Position numbers and translations under genes: made by a program
Part shown: positions 1-12,545 of the stretch, in pieces
Numbering within the stretch: the first letter of the stretch is position 1
How the letters are laid out: every line of letters starts with the position of its first letter
The notes under the pieces: model-generated
The model's database searches: none
What the model saw: only the letters and a program-made list of their open reading frames with translations
What the model was told of the DNA's origin: nothing
Source: Octopus vulgaris
Taxonomy: Eukaryota
Assembly: GCA_951406725.2 (NCBI GenBank)
Contig: OX597826.1
Span: 5,890,001 to 5,954,000 of the forward strand
Direction: 5' to 3'
DNA: 64,000 bases

Positions 1-424
1 TGAAAACTACCGGAAGTGCCACTGAATGATATCGAATTCAGTTGGAACAGTTTAATGTTCAAATTTCTTTCATATTCTTGAAAGAGGGAGGCTGACATTT
101 TGAATGTAAAATTTTTGCAGACTTCGCACAAGATGTATGTCGTGCCCCCGAAATTAGATTTGAGAACATTGTGATCCGTTTGCTAAAAAAGCACATATAC
201 ATTTTAATGTATTGAAAAATAGTAAAGCGATATATAATTGTGATTTCAATCGATAAAGTACCACAATCTCTGATTAAATATGCTGTGTATCGGCTTTGCT
301 TTGCCGTTACTCTTTCACTGCAAAATTTCCTTCAGTCAATCGTTCTTTGAAAGGAATCGAAATATCTGGATCTGAGTTCCTGTGTATTATATCACGCAGC
401 TATTGATACTGAATTCAAAATTAA

Positions 425-465
<41 letters not shown>

Positions 466-1730
466 TATATAAATGTTTGTGTGTGAGGGGTGATTGTATG
501 TGTGTGTAATTGTGTGTGTGTATGTGATTGTGTGTGCATGTATTTTTGTGTGCGCGTGAGTGTAGGTGTGAGGGTGTATGTATAAAATCCAGTATGCAAA
601 ATGATTCAAAGAAGTGTTTAGATTTCATATCCATTTCGAATTGATTTATAAAAAAAAAATATCTTCCATTCTCTGTATCCAAATGAATATTAACTAAAAC
701 AAGACTAATTATATTTGAAATAAAGTACCCAATGTTCTGTTCATTCGAAAATATCTTAGCGATGACAAGTATTTACTGAATATCAGGTCTCTGTAAAGAA
801 ATGCCTATTTTTATGCTTCACGTGTTAGCTTTTAATAATATTTTATTTGCTTTATCATATACAGTATTGAGTAGATCAATTCTTTCTGATATAAAGTCAT
901 CAGAATTATATTCTAAACCATATAAAAGCTCCTTTTAACATAGTCACAGCGAACATAACATCTACTGGTACACAGTTTTCCAATGGGTATTATGTAGAGA
1001 TCCTTGTAAACGTGTAAGTACATTAATGGGCTTGGCAATTTACAAATATCAGAAGCCAAAACATGTACACCTATAGCTGTAAGTCATTTGTATATATATT
1101 TTTATGTCAGGTTGGTGGTAATCTTCGAAAGCTATTAATAGAAACGATAAAGATAATAATAATATAAATTTCTTTGAGTGTGAATAATGTAGATAGTAAT
1201 GCAACTATCAGACGAGTCCTTCTATAGAGTTAGACAATAAATAAGTACTGGTAATGCAAAGCACTCGATTCCATTGACTATGGTCTAACATAAAAGTTTG
1301 AAAGAGTGTGCAACGTATGCTTCACAGGTCAACATTTAAAAAAAAATGCTCCATTTATTGATTGGTGCAGTATTCAATTGATAGCAATATTCTACATTTT
1401 TGTAAAATAATGCCTGTTTCATTGATTGAGCAGGGATAATATCGTATATGGCGGCTTTAATAATGGACAACAGCCGCCCTGTGAACCATTGGAGTATGGT
1501 ACTACTTGCTACAGCTCATATGGCGCGTAGTGAATTTCATTCCGTCTGGACATCTAACATTCCAACAAAAAATTTCCAGAGGAATGGTCTCGATTGTTTG
1601 ATGCATAAAATATGCGCTTATTGGTGTAAATAAGTATGTATACATGTGCATGCGTTCAATGGTGTATGCCTTTGTTGCGCAGGTATGATGCTATGAGTGT
1701 CTTAGCGAGTTAAACTGTGGATGTGTATGA

Positions 1731-1776
<46 letters not shown>

Positions 1777-2119
1777 ATAACGAAGATAACTTGTGTATCG
1801 AAATTTTTAGACTTTATTAATGTATTGCCACATCCGTTTCTTCATCCCACAAATTGTGAAGACACTTTCCCACCAATAGAATGTCATAATATATTATTTA
1901 TAATATTGAGCATACTTCTATTCAACAGGAAGTAGCCGACAAGAAGTATTGGAGCTTTTAGTAGCACTTACAGAGGCGTTTACCCTGAACGAGTTACAAG
2001 TATATGTGTGTGTGTATGTGTTTGTGTATGTGTATTTTGCGTGCGTAAGTGTGTACAATTGTATTTACATACAGTTGAATAAATTAATACGTAAATATGT
2101 CTGTATATAACTGTATATG

Positions 2120-2310
2120 AACTAGTCGTTAGTGGGTTACTTTTAAAATCGTAAAGTCTAGGATTCGAACACTGCATCAGCTATGTCCTCGTTTAAGTCT
2201 ATTCACACCTTGTGGCTGCTTAGCTAACATGTGACCCAGCTGATTACTGGTGCAACTGTGGCATCCTGAATGTTCCAGTGGGTCACGTGTGGCAGGGTGT
2301 AGACTTTGGT
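2120..2310 (+). mobile_element. degenerate tRNA-headed SINE-like element with a long internal hairpin
   Basis: A-box-like TAGTCGTTAGTGG and B-box-like GGATTCGAAC, followed by a foldback at 2195-2306. Confidence 0.35.
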
Positions 2311-2573
2311 GATATTTGCTCACGATTGTATAGGAACTTCAAACATGGAAAACGTTAACAGATTCATACTTCCGATTAACAAAATATGTGTGTGTGTGTG
2401 TGTGCGTATATATATACATACATACATACATATATATATGTGTGTGTGTGTGTGTGTATGTGTGTGTGTGTGTTTGTGTGTGTGCCTGTGTTCGTGTGTG
2501 TGTGTGGGAGGGGGGTGTATGTATTGTTGGCGATTTTTTTCTCCTGTATATATATATATATATACCTATATAT

Positions 2574-2792
2574 GCAGCGAGCTAGCAGAATCGTGACCAC
2601 GTAGGTCGAAGTGCATAGCGCTATTTCGTCTGCCGTTATGTTCAGAGTTCAAATTCCGCCGAGTACGACTTTGCGTTTCATCCCTCGGGGTTGATAAAAT
2701 AAGTACCAGTTACGCACTGGTGTCGATGTAATCGAATTAATCACTTTGTTTGTTCACTCTGTGTTTAGTCTCCTGTGGGTCATAAAGAAATA
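2574..2792 (+). mobile_element. SINE family A copy
   Basis: GCGAGCTAGCAGAA head, GAGTTCAAATTCCGCCGAG B-box region, GGGGTTGATAAAATAAGTACCAGTT body; matches copies at 33560, 49515 and 60284. Confidence 0.85.
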
Positions 2793-4221
2793 TATATGTG
2801 TGTTTGTGTGCATGAGTGTGCGTGTGTGTGTGTAGTGTGTTAGTGCATGTGTGCGTGTGTGCGCGCGTTTGATTGCATATATATGTGTGTATTTTATACC
2901 TACATCTGTGGTGGCTGTCTCTCGTTGACGTGTATGACCACTGAGAACATATTTTTGTCCAGAAATAACCAAGGGTAAGTTCTTTAGATTCTTAATGAAA
3001 TCGGTGATATTTCAGAATTCTTTTTTTCTGTTTGCAAAATCAAGGGGCCGGGGAACTTTTACACTGACGTTACCCACCTGAATTTGAAAGGAAGGTAAAT
3101 GATTGTTTCTTTAAATTCAAAAAGTTTTCTGAATCTATTTTATTGAATCTATTTGTATTAATCTGTTTAAAAGCCCATTACATAGGAGAAATACAGTGCT
3201 GCTAGAAGAAAAATTTATATCATAACAACGAAAACACTTTTTATAATACTCTTCCTAAGTTCCACACTTTAATTTATCTCGGATCGCCGAACTCTGTGCT
3301 AGACACATGTCGAAATAAAGATTAGGGATCCCTCACACCTAGCTGTCAGATGACTGCTGATGATATAGAGGTCCCCCGTTCCTTGACACCTTTTCATTTA
3401 CATCATGCGGGGTATCCAAAGAAAATCCCTACTCTTTACAAAGCAGGCTTGGTAGGGCTGCCGCTTTACTCACCGACAGGTAGTGCTGAATTACATGTTG
3501 CCAGTAGTACAAAGAATGACCAGATATATTTTGTGTATGTATACGTACGTGCTTGCATGCTTGTGCATGTGTTTACTTTTTGTAGTAAAGGGAATCTTTA
3601 AAAGTAGACTCACCTTAAGTTCCAAGTTTTCGAAAAGTTATTAGTGACAAGCGAAAAAAAAAAAGACATTTAAATTTTTTCAGAAAATTATGGAGAATCA
3701 AACAAAATGAGAAGGATTAAATATAACTGAATAAACTACTTAAAATGTTAAACACCGTTAAGCTTGTAGATTACAAAATAAAAACAAACAAGATGAACAA
3801 ATTTTTCATGTGTTGGAAATTAAAGACGAAATATTAGAAACTCAAGATCGTTACTTTCCGCACGCAAGGATATATCAGGAGCAGAAATAAAATCTATGCG
3901 TTTAATAATTCAATAATTAAATGAGGATGCAAAAAAGGATCTGTATGTGAATGTATTAATTTAATATCAATATTGAACTTAAATTAAAAGCTTTTTACAT
4001 CGGGGAACAAATGTATTGCCCCGAAATCCTATATCAAATTTCTCACGAAATCTTTAAAGAAAATTATCACCCTCTTTTAAAAATCTTGAAAAACCGTATT
4101 TCGAATATATTTCAAACTCCAGCGAGCTTCAGCATAAGGATACACACGCGCACACACACACGCACACACAAACACACACACAAACTTACACACATACCTT
4201 TAATATCTCCATCATCTATCT

Positions 4222-4625
4222 TTTATTTCTTTCAGTCATAAGCCTGCAGCCATGCTTAGGCGTTGCCTCAAAAGGGCTCCTAAAAACTTCGCCGAAATAC
4301 TTATTTTCTTAAATCCGGTAATTTTTATAACGCTGTCTTCTTGCTGAACCGTTAACATACGAGATCGTATAGTTGCCAAGAACGGCTGGCCACCAATGGT
4401 ACAGAACAAACAAACATAAAGACTCATACATACTTAAGTACGTATATATAACATATAATATGTACACACAAACACACTCATACATATGAATTTATGTATG
4501 CATACGACGGGCTTCTTTCAGTTTCCATCTTCCAAGTTCACTCACAAGGCTTTCGTAGGCCCCGCTCTAAAGTAGGAGTGAACCCCGTACTACGTGTTTG
4601 TAAAGTAAACTTCTCACCATACAAC
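4222..4625 (-). mobile_element. SINE family B copy, degenerate
   Basis: TTTCAGTCAT..GCAGCCATGCT tail and TACGACGGGCTTCTTTCAGTTTCC..CTCACAAGGCTTT segment shared with copies at 43340 and 52398. Confidence 0.75.
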
Positions 4626-4725
4626 AATGCATATAAAGATATATACGCGTGTAATACACGCACATGCAAAAGCATGCTCACACACACATTATACATATAT
4701 TCGTGTTTATATTGCTATAAATCTA

Positions 4726-5292
4726 TTGGGTTGCTCGGAAAGTTCGTGCCGATTTTTAAAGGAAAGAAAAAGGTCAATAAATACTCGTGCCATTACATTT
4801 TTAATCAACCAAACATGAACCATTTTGTTGCACAATGCGTCTCCGCCTTTCCTATAACTTGAAAGTACCCTCTTCCCAGAGCTGTGGTGGTTTAATGGCA
4901 AAGAATTCATCAAGGTATCTTTTTACGTCATCCAAGGAATTGAAATTTTTACCATTAAGACTATTCTGCAGAGATCTGAATAAGTGAAAATCCGAAGGAA
5001 TAATATCTGGTGAATATGGAGGGTGCGGTAACACATCCCAGCCAAGCCTCAGCAATTTTTTTGGTTCCCAAAGCATCGAGTGCCGAAAATGAACTTTCTT
5101 ATTTTCCATTTTAAAGGGTAACAGTATTAACACAGATGAGAAGGGACATAAATCTCCTTCCAGGAAAAGATAGCTTAAACTGTGCTATAAATGGAGGTGT
5201 AGTGAAATCCTATTTTATGGACGCAACCATGTGCTAAAATAAGTCGAAGGTTAAGCTACTATAAATCGGCACGAACTTTCCGGACAACCTAA
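4726..5292 (-). mobile_element. internally deleted mariner transposon (mellifera-like)
   Basis: ~30 bp TIRs TTGGGTTGCTCGGAAAGTTCGTGCCGATTT / AAATCGGCACGAACTTTCCGGACAACCTAA, TA on both flanks (4724-4725, 5293-5294), transposase remnant inside. Confidence 0.95.
4852..5109 (-). pseudogene. mariner transposase remnant (N-terminus fused to C-terminus)
   Basis: MENKKVHFRH start joined to LGWDVLPHPPYSPDIIPSDFHLF, a variant of the mariner YSPDLAPSD motif; premature stop. Confidence 0.93.
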
Positions 5293-6300
5293 TATAATGT
5301 GTGTACTTGTATCCCAACTACAATTACATGTAACGTTAGCGTTTTTGTTTTTAATTTCAATTTCGCCATTTTCTACCCAACACACAACAGTGCTGCATCC
5401 TACTCAAAACGACGAATATATATATGCGAATACAATTATATATTTAACATGTGAAACAATGTAATTGGTACTGAGCCATTAAATACAACAAATGCTCTTA
5501 TAGGTCATCGGCAATAAATCTTTTTTGTATATGTTTACTAATCTATCATGAAAATAAAACTTTGAAAACTTAGTATAAAAAATACCACAAAATCAATTTG
5601 GTTCAAATTATTTGCCATTTTAATATCTTTATTGCAAGTTTGTTTATTTGTTCGTATAATCGACAGACACTAAAATCACCCCTGATAAATTCTTAATTAA
5701 GATGCCTCATAAACTAATTCGCTGTTTGGTTTATGATTATAATATGTGCCTCATGATCTTATTTTACATTAGCACTTGTATATATGGTTTGAAAATATCT
5801 ATCTCGAAATTGAATGGAAAATGATGTGTTACAATATTAATTCGTTATGTGTGCTTGCATCAAATATATTATTCTATAGTAAATGAGACGTTGTACTAGC
5901 GACTGCAACACATAGGAATGCCTGATATGATTGTTTATTAAAGATGTACGTAGGATTGGAATATGGCCAAGTATGTTATTATTTTAGTTAATATTTTTAT
6001 AAATATCATTACTTTAATGCAAAATATTACAAATGAATCATAAGAATCTAATACAATTTGTTGTTTATTAAATCCTTGGATCTGTATTTTCAAGTATATT
6101 GTTTAGATTAATCGGTCTTGCGTTCACATCTTGATTGTTGATTTCACTACGTTTCGGCTGTGTAGGCTCCAACCTTTTTCAGGTATCTTGTGATTCAGAA
6201 GACACCTGAAGGATTCTGGAGCGTACAACAACCGAAAAAACGTGAAAGTAATATTCAAAATGAGGATACCAGCTCGACTAATGTAAAGATGTCCATAATA

Positions 6301-6846
6301 CGAGGGTGAGTCAAAAGGTAATGCCATTTTGTTTAGGACAGGTATAATTACCAACACAGGAACATGTATCATACATCAAAATGAAGCTGGTCCTTTGTGG
6401 ATCATATCCCTACTTTTCGACATGTTCACCGTTTCTCTCAATAGCGATGTTCCACCTTCGAAAGAGAGCATGTATCCCTGCTCGGTAAAATTCTGTTGAC
6501 TGTTCTTTGAGCCACTTCTTCACAACAGTTTTCACTTCCTCGTCAGACTATCATCTCTTCGGTTCCATGAAAGAGGGTTTAAGAGGAAAACATTATTCCA
6601 GTGATGAGGAAGTGAAAACTGTAGTGAAGAAGTGGCTCAAAGAACAGTCAACAAAATTTTACGGGGCAGGGGTACATGCTCTCATTCGAAGATGAAACAT
6701 TGCTATTGAGAGAAACGGTGACTATTTTGAGAAGTAGGGATGGGATCCACAGAGGACCAGCTTCATTTTGATGTATGTTACGTGTTCTTGTGTTACTAAT
6801 TATACCTGTCCTAAACAAAATGGCATTAATTCTTGACTTACCCTCG
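6301..6846. mobile_element. palindromic mariner-derived MITE built from two 3' ends
   Basis: arms ~6301-6544 and ~6602-6846 are reverse complements; ends CGAGGG..CCCTCG flanked by TA; + strand encodes SDYHLFGSMKEGLRGKHYSSDEEVKTVVKKWLKEQ..NGDYFEK*, a mariner transposase C-terminus. Confidence 0.93.
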
Positions 6847-7317
6847 TATAAATTCCTCATCTCAGAAACATAGAATTGTATATTTTTAGTAGTAGATGTG
6901 TTTGTTATGCAGGATTACTTATCATTTTCGAAACCTGGTGGGTTAGAGTTATTAAATGAATAATGAAATCATCCCGGGCAACTCACATTTTCGTTGGCGT
7001 CCGTCAAACTCGTAAGGGGAGATGTTGTCGTGATAGATATTAACACCTCTGTGTGTTTAAAAGATGTACTTGTCGAATTCTCATAAAGGTTAACGTTATC
7101 GTTGAGACAACAGAGAGCCTTTGAAGTCTCGCGTCGCAGAAGTCGAAGAACGTTGTGTGAATACACTGCTTTACCTCCTCTTCGTTAAATCATATATCCA
7201 AATGGAAGGATATAAATCTTTTCCTCAAAACATGGGGGTGGATTTATTTTCAAGCTAACCTGCATATATATTTGGATATGGCTGTAAAATGCGATTTAAC
7301 TGGAATATTTTCGTTAG

Positions 7318-7479
7318 GTGTAGAACAAGATGGTGATCGTTTTTCTTTGTCTAAGAAACAGAAGACTATGGTCAATGATTCACTTTATGTTATTGCATGG
7401 TATTTAGCATCGTATGCGATGCTCGTGGTTATTTCTACATCTTTTTCTTTGCCGATGTATCTGGGAAACGCTGAGTGCA
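7318..7479 (+). CDS. candidate exon A of an unknown gene (hydrophobic signal-peptide or TM segment; ATG at 7368)
   Basis: acceptor TTTTCGTTAG, donor GCA|GTAAAT, 162 nt fully open, phase 1 exit; MVNDSLYVIAWYLASYAMLVVISTSFSLPMYLGNAEC; no homology recognised. Confidence 0.3.
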
Positions 7480-7814
7480 GTAAATACAATTCTGAATGCT
7501 TTGGTTTTGTTTATCATAAACAGTATATTGATTTGTTGTTGGATTAGAAATCACCATAGGTACTTAATGCATCTTTCAATCATCGTAATCATGTTATAAG
7601 ACTCATAAAAAACTTTCATTGTTATCCACTTTCACATAAATATATGCTTTGAATTATATTCAAGATACACGGAATGTTTATTTGATGTTGTTACAGAGCT
7701 GTCATTGCGGTTATTCTATTATTCTCTTATTCCATTATCCTACGAACAATTTCAGTGCTAGGAGCACAGTAATGTTGGAGAAACTCTTTGAAAATTTTAG
7801 TCCAAGACAGATAA

Positions 7815-7978
7815 TTATTCTGTCATTTTCTTTGCCGAACCGCTAAGTTATGGGGTGTGAACAAGTTTATCAAGTGGCGGGGAAAATGAACACGAAAATA
7901 CTTATACACACCAGCACGTGCATTCGCAGACATACAAACGCAAACAAAAACGCGCGCCCCCACACACCCACACGTGCG

Positions 7979-8017
<39 letters not shown>

Positions 8018-8075
8018 AGGTCCCGGGTTGAGTCGGGGTTAACCACAGTAAATAAGGTACTCAATACATAGCAGA

Positions 8076-8127
<52 letters not shown>

Positions 8128-8295
8128 ATATATACATATATATACACACACAACGGGCTTTTACACTGTTTCTGGGAATCAAATTCACTCACAAAGCATT
8201 GGTGGCCTGGGGATATAGTGAATGTCACTCGCCTAACGTACAGCTAAGTGGAAATGAACTCCAAAGTATTTGGTTAACCACACTGTCATGCATGA
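7815..8295 (-). mobile_element. SINE family B copy with internal (TA)n and a nested fragment at ~8017-8080
   Basis: TTTGCCGAACCGCTAAGTTA and ACGGGCTT..TCACTCACAAAGCATTGGT segments. Confidence 0.75.
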
Positions 8296-9339
8296 ACCTC
8301 AATTATTTTGCTTAGGGCACTGAAAATCTTCATTTTATTTCTTTGTGAGGTGTTTCTGTTTTCAGAGGGAATTAGAGTACAAATATGTATGTCATAACTG
8401 TATCGATGAAATATTTTATCCACATCATCTTTATCAATACACTTACAAAGTTCTCAATAAGTACAGATTTTACACTAAGAACACACTCAAAATAGTTAAA
8501 GTAAATCTGAACACAGCATTATTATATAATAGTCATGCTAAAAGATGTTATATGCATAGTTTGGGTTCTAAATACATCTATATATTATCAGATCGCATGG
8601 CTGATAAAATAATGAAAACACATATTAAATTTTTCCTCAGATCAGATTATCCTAAAATATTGTTATGTAGTATAACCAAGCTTTCGTAAGACGCATTCGG
8701 AATGACAAACGGAAAGACGTAGGATGTCTATACGAATAAATATTAACCACAGAAATAGAAAAATAATAAACTATAATCATCTTTACAATGTAATTATAAC
8801 CCAATTCCCTCAAAACAGGCTGTCAATGGAAAGCCTAAGAATTCAGATATAAGAGTAATTACAATTCCATTACGTAACTGAAATATACTTGGTACCTAAA
8901 AGAGTGAGTTAAAAGAAATTACGAGCATAATAATACGAAGTTTTGCAGCAAAGGCAAAGTCATGCAAGTGTCATTTAGGCTCAATAGAGAAGCTGAAATT
9001 ATTAACATCGCGTTTAACATCTTAAATAAGAAAGAAGCAATTACACGCGGTTTGCACAGAAATACATTTAAATTGAAACTTACAAATACATTACTGTTCG
9101 CTTTCAATAATCTTAAGCATAAAATTGTTACTAGGCGTTCCGTGTACGAAATTTGACCCTGAAATATTTGTGCATGTAATGAGTAAATCGGAAAAATTTA
9201 ATTGAGTAAAAAGGTGACGATAATTATTTCCCTCAAAGTTGCACCCCTTCATGAAACCTGTTTAACATAATTAAAATCTGCAGAGGGTGGGTTTTTCAAT
9301 ATCGTTCCATAAAATCGAAGTGTATTATCGTCGAATACG

Positions 9340-9550
9340 ATATCTGTAGCTTCATACGGTTTCTGTGGCGTATGTGTTCCCCGCAGCTGGAAGGGACGCC
9401 AGTCCATCGCAGCGTTACCCAAACAACAGGAAGGAAGAGTGAGAAAAAGTGGTGGCGAAAGAGTACAACAGGGGTCGCCACCACCCCCTGCCGGACCCTC
9501 GTGGAGCTTTAGGCGTTTTCGCTCAATAAACACACACAACGCCCGGTCTG
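9340..9550 (-). mobile_element. SINE family C mosaic copy, 5'-truncated
   Basis: body matches 50200-50310; tail GACGCCAGTCCATCGCAGCGTTAC matches 17196-17219. Confidence 0.8.
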
Positions 9551-9944
9551 AATATAAGTCTGCACTGTAACACATAGAGATTTAATTGATGTTGTAAGAC
9601 AAGAGTGTTCTCTCCAAGTAGTTTGTTTCCCGTTTAAAGAAACTTATAAGCAATATCCGAGAAAACTGCGGATATCATTTGACTTTCAGTTTTACAACCG
9701 GGCAATTTGAATACCCTCAGTTAAACATGTAGGTAATTAAGTTGTAATTACAATGCAAATAAGGAATAAATATTTTGTTAATAAGGAAATGCTGTTCCTT
9801 AAATTTACGAAACGATTTCATCATACGTACATACATCAGAAGAGAAAATAGTGAGCTATCTGCATATGTTGTTGCTAACCTCTTTAGTGATACTGTTAAA
9901 TTTATGATATAAGGCTTTGAGGGGGTCGAATCATTGCCATAAGG

Positions 9945-10112
9945 GACAAAATGTTTAGCGCAGTTTCTTCTGGGTTTTGAGATCGGAATTCAAATACCGA
10001 CGAGGTCACGTTTGATTTTAATCCTTATAGGGTTGATAAAATGAAATGAAATAAATTAAGTACTGGTGTCAATGTAATCTCTCTTAAATTACTGGCTTGA
10101 GCCAAAATTTGG
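9945..10112 (+). mobile_element. SINE family A, degenerate
   Basis: AAATGTTTAGCG..ATTCAAATACCGACGAGGTC..GGGTTGATAAA..GCCAAAATTTG. Confidence 0.65.
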
Positions 10113-10569
10113 AAGATATATATTTACAAACATTAAATGTAACAATTCTAATCCTTGTCACTTTCATCCATCAATTGAAATTCTATATCTGCGCGAGGGA
10201 AGATATGGGTAGGGTAAACATGAGGGAATGAAATTAGTTGGTATATTTGCATCACACCAAAAATAACCTTTGAAATGAAAAAAAGAAAAAAAAACATTCG
10301 TGAAGACAAGGAGTAAGAGAAAGATAAAAACGGAATTAACCAGATTCACTAAATTATATTTTGCAATACAAATTGAACATTAGACAGACCATTCGAAACA
10401 AATTTGGCGTATAAACAAAACACACGATCGATAACGTTTACATTACAAGTGATACATTTAATTTCTAATTAAAATTTTCTTTCATATGAGCTACGTCGCA
10501 GCATATCAGCAAATAGACTCCACTCTGTTTGCATATAAGTAGACTAGCTTCTTTTCACTCTTTTTCCAG

Positions 10570-10650
10570 ATGATCTGAATATAGTATACAATAATGACGG
10601 AATATATTCTAATATATTCTCGGTGATTCCGAAGAGAGCTGTCTCACCCG
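10570..10650 (+). CDS. candidate exon B of an unknown gene
   Basis: strong acceptor CTTCTTTTCACTCTTTTTCCAG; donor CCG|GTCAGT (alternative CAG|GTAAGA at 10666); 81 nt, open only in phase 1: NDLNIVYNNDGIYSNIFSVIPKRAVSP. Confidence 0.35.
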
Positions 10651-10784
10651 GTCAGTAGCATTCAGGTAAGAGTTATTTAACACCTGACGCAAGTGTGGTA
10701 TATAGAGAAAAGAAATACATTATGCCTCTGTGACCCGATAAAGGTTACATGTTTACGCAAAGTTTAATTTTCAATATATGTGTG

Positions 10785-10840
<56 letters not shown>

Positions 10841-10859
10841 GGTAACACATTGAGATTAG

Positions 10860-11290
10860 ACATGTGCCGAGCCCATTAAGAAATGTAATTGGAAAACGAA
10901 AGCTCCTGTCCGTTAGAAGGAAATGTCTAGTGAAAGGAGTAGTTTATAGAGCCAAGGTGCAAGTGGAGGCTCATCGGAATACAAGACATACACAGGGGCT
11001 TCAGAAAATTCATTTAAATCAAGATTTTATTCTCATAAGAATTCTTTTAAATACCCAGAGAACAGAAAAAAACCAGCCTAGCAAATATGCTGAACTAAGA
11101 AAAGGAAGCCCCACCTTTCAACGTGACATGGAGCATTCTGGACAGGGCGGCACCATACAGGCATGGAGCTTACAAATATAATTTCAAGTGCAGGCTCTGC
11201 TATAGAAAAATGCACATATTATTCAAAGACAATAATTCTTGAATCAAAAGTGAATTAATGAACTTATGTAGGCACACGCTAAATTTAAAT
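10860..11290 (+). mobile_element. Penelope-like element 3' remnant, GIY-YIG endonuclease (frameshifted)
   Basis: across frames: CPLE.KCLVKGVVYRAKV..YTGASENSFKSRFYSHKNSF..VTWSILDRAAPY..CRLC..EK..LNQ.SELM..CRH, the Cys-flanked PLE GIY-YIG pattern; starts next to (TA)n. Confidence 0.85.
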
Positions 11291-12294
11291 GTCGAATATA
11301 AATATACCATATGGATAGAGTATATATTTTGTATTTTGATTTTTTGATTTTGATTTTGACTCTTCAGCGCTACGACGGACCTATAGCAAAGTCTTATTGT
11401 TTCACATATATATTAGGAAAAACCTACAAACTTGTTTTCATGTTATTGTATTGCATAAGATTACCTTGATTATTTATATTACCTTGATTATTTATAAATG
11501 ACCCAAAATAGGATGTTATATTTTATTTTATATGTCTTTCGTATATATTTTTATTAATGCACCCATTTTTTAAAAGCAATGTTTTTTTTTTTTAAAAAAG
11601 CAATGTTGTCAAATTTAGAATGTTTATATAAGTTTGTATATACAAAGCATATATATTTGTAAGCATGCGTATCTGTGTATGTGTAAGTGAAAGTATGCTT
11701 GTGCTTAGCACGCATACACACGACGTATGTATATGTATCAATTCAAACTTGTGTATGTATACTGGCCTCTATAGATGTCAATAATATCGCTACAAGTTTT
11801 CCCCACCCCTCCTTCGTTTCTTTTTCTCTTTTCCTTTCTTTCGTTCCCCCTCTTGCTCAGTATATGAGAATTGCTACATAGATGAATTTTAGCTTGCGTG
11901 CGAGACGGTTGCGTGAATATATGTACACATGCTTTTATGTGTATAATTTAGATTCATATTCATACGTCTGTATATGTATGTATGGCGTTTACGCGCATCC
12001 TTTGTGTATGTTGATATATATATGTGGATTTTAATATAAATATGTATTGCAGTATTTATAACAGGTTTAATTTCTATGCTTAATTTGTACTGTCTTCATT
12101 AACGGCAATAGGTTTTTCCTCGGATTTTATAATTTTTATAAGTTTTTTATATATATATATATATATTTTTGACCTTTTTGTTTATCGCTCGAAGATTGAC
12201 CGTTTTTTCTAAAGGGCCAATCAAACAAGTCCATTTCTTTTAAAGGTGTAGCGTTTGTAAGATATAGATTGAATTAATATATATGTTCCATTCT

Positions 12295-12346
12295 AGCAAA
12301 ACTGTCTGATGAACGGCAACGAGAAACTAGAGTAACAGATTTTGTT
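12295..12346 (+). ncRNA. type I hammerhead ribozyme motif in a probable Penelope pLTR fragment (~12170-12370)
   Basis: stem I AGCAAAA-CTGT/ACAG-A-TTTTGTT, CTGATGA 12306-12312, short stem II CG-GCAA-CG, GAAAC, loop TAGA, GTA triplet 12332-12334. Confidence 0.65.
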
Positions 12347-12369
12347 GAATTTTCTGCTCTTAAAATAAA

Positions 12370-12370
<1 letters not shown>

Positions 12371-12429
<59 letters not shown>

Positions 12430-12444
12430 TATATATATATATAT

Positions 12445-12478
<34 letters not shown>

Positions 12479-12545
12479 AATATATATATATAATATATAT
12501 ATATATATACATATATATGTGTGTGTGTATGTATGTATGTTTGTA
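12371..12545. repeat. (TA)n compound microsatellite, one of more than 40 (TA)/(TG)/(TACA) tracts in the window
   Basis: direct reading. Confidence 0.95.

Noticed and set aside
9-18. ACCGGAAGTG ETS-type motif
   Set aside because: isolated short site at the window edge with no supporting promoter evidence
6987-7259. Minus-strand 273 nt exon-like segment (AG..GTGAGT, phase 0-0) with cadherin-like words INPPPCFEEKIY and TDANEN
   Set aside because: in-frame TAA at codon 25, poor polypyrimidine tract, and motif spacing does not fit a cadherin repeat; RNA-seq would settle it
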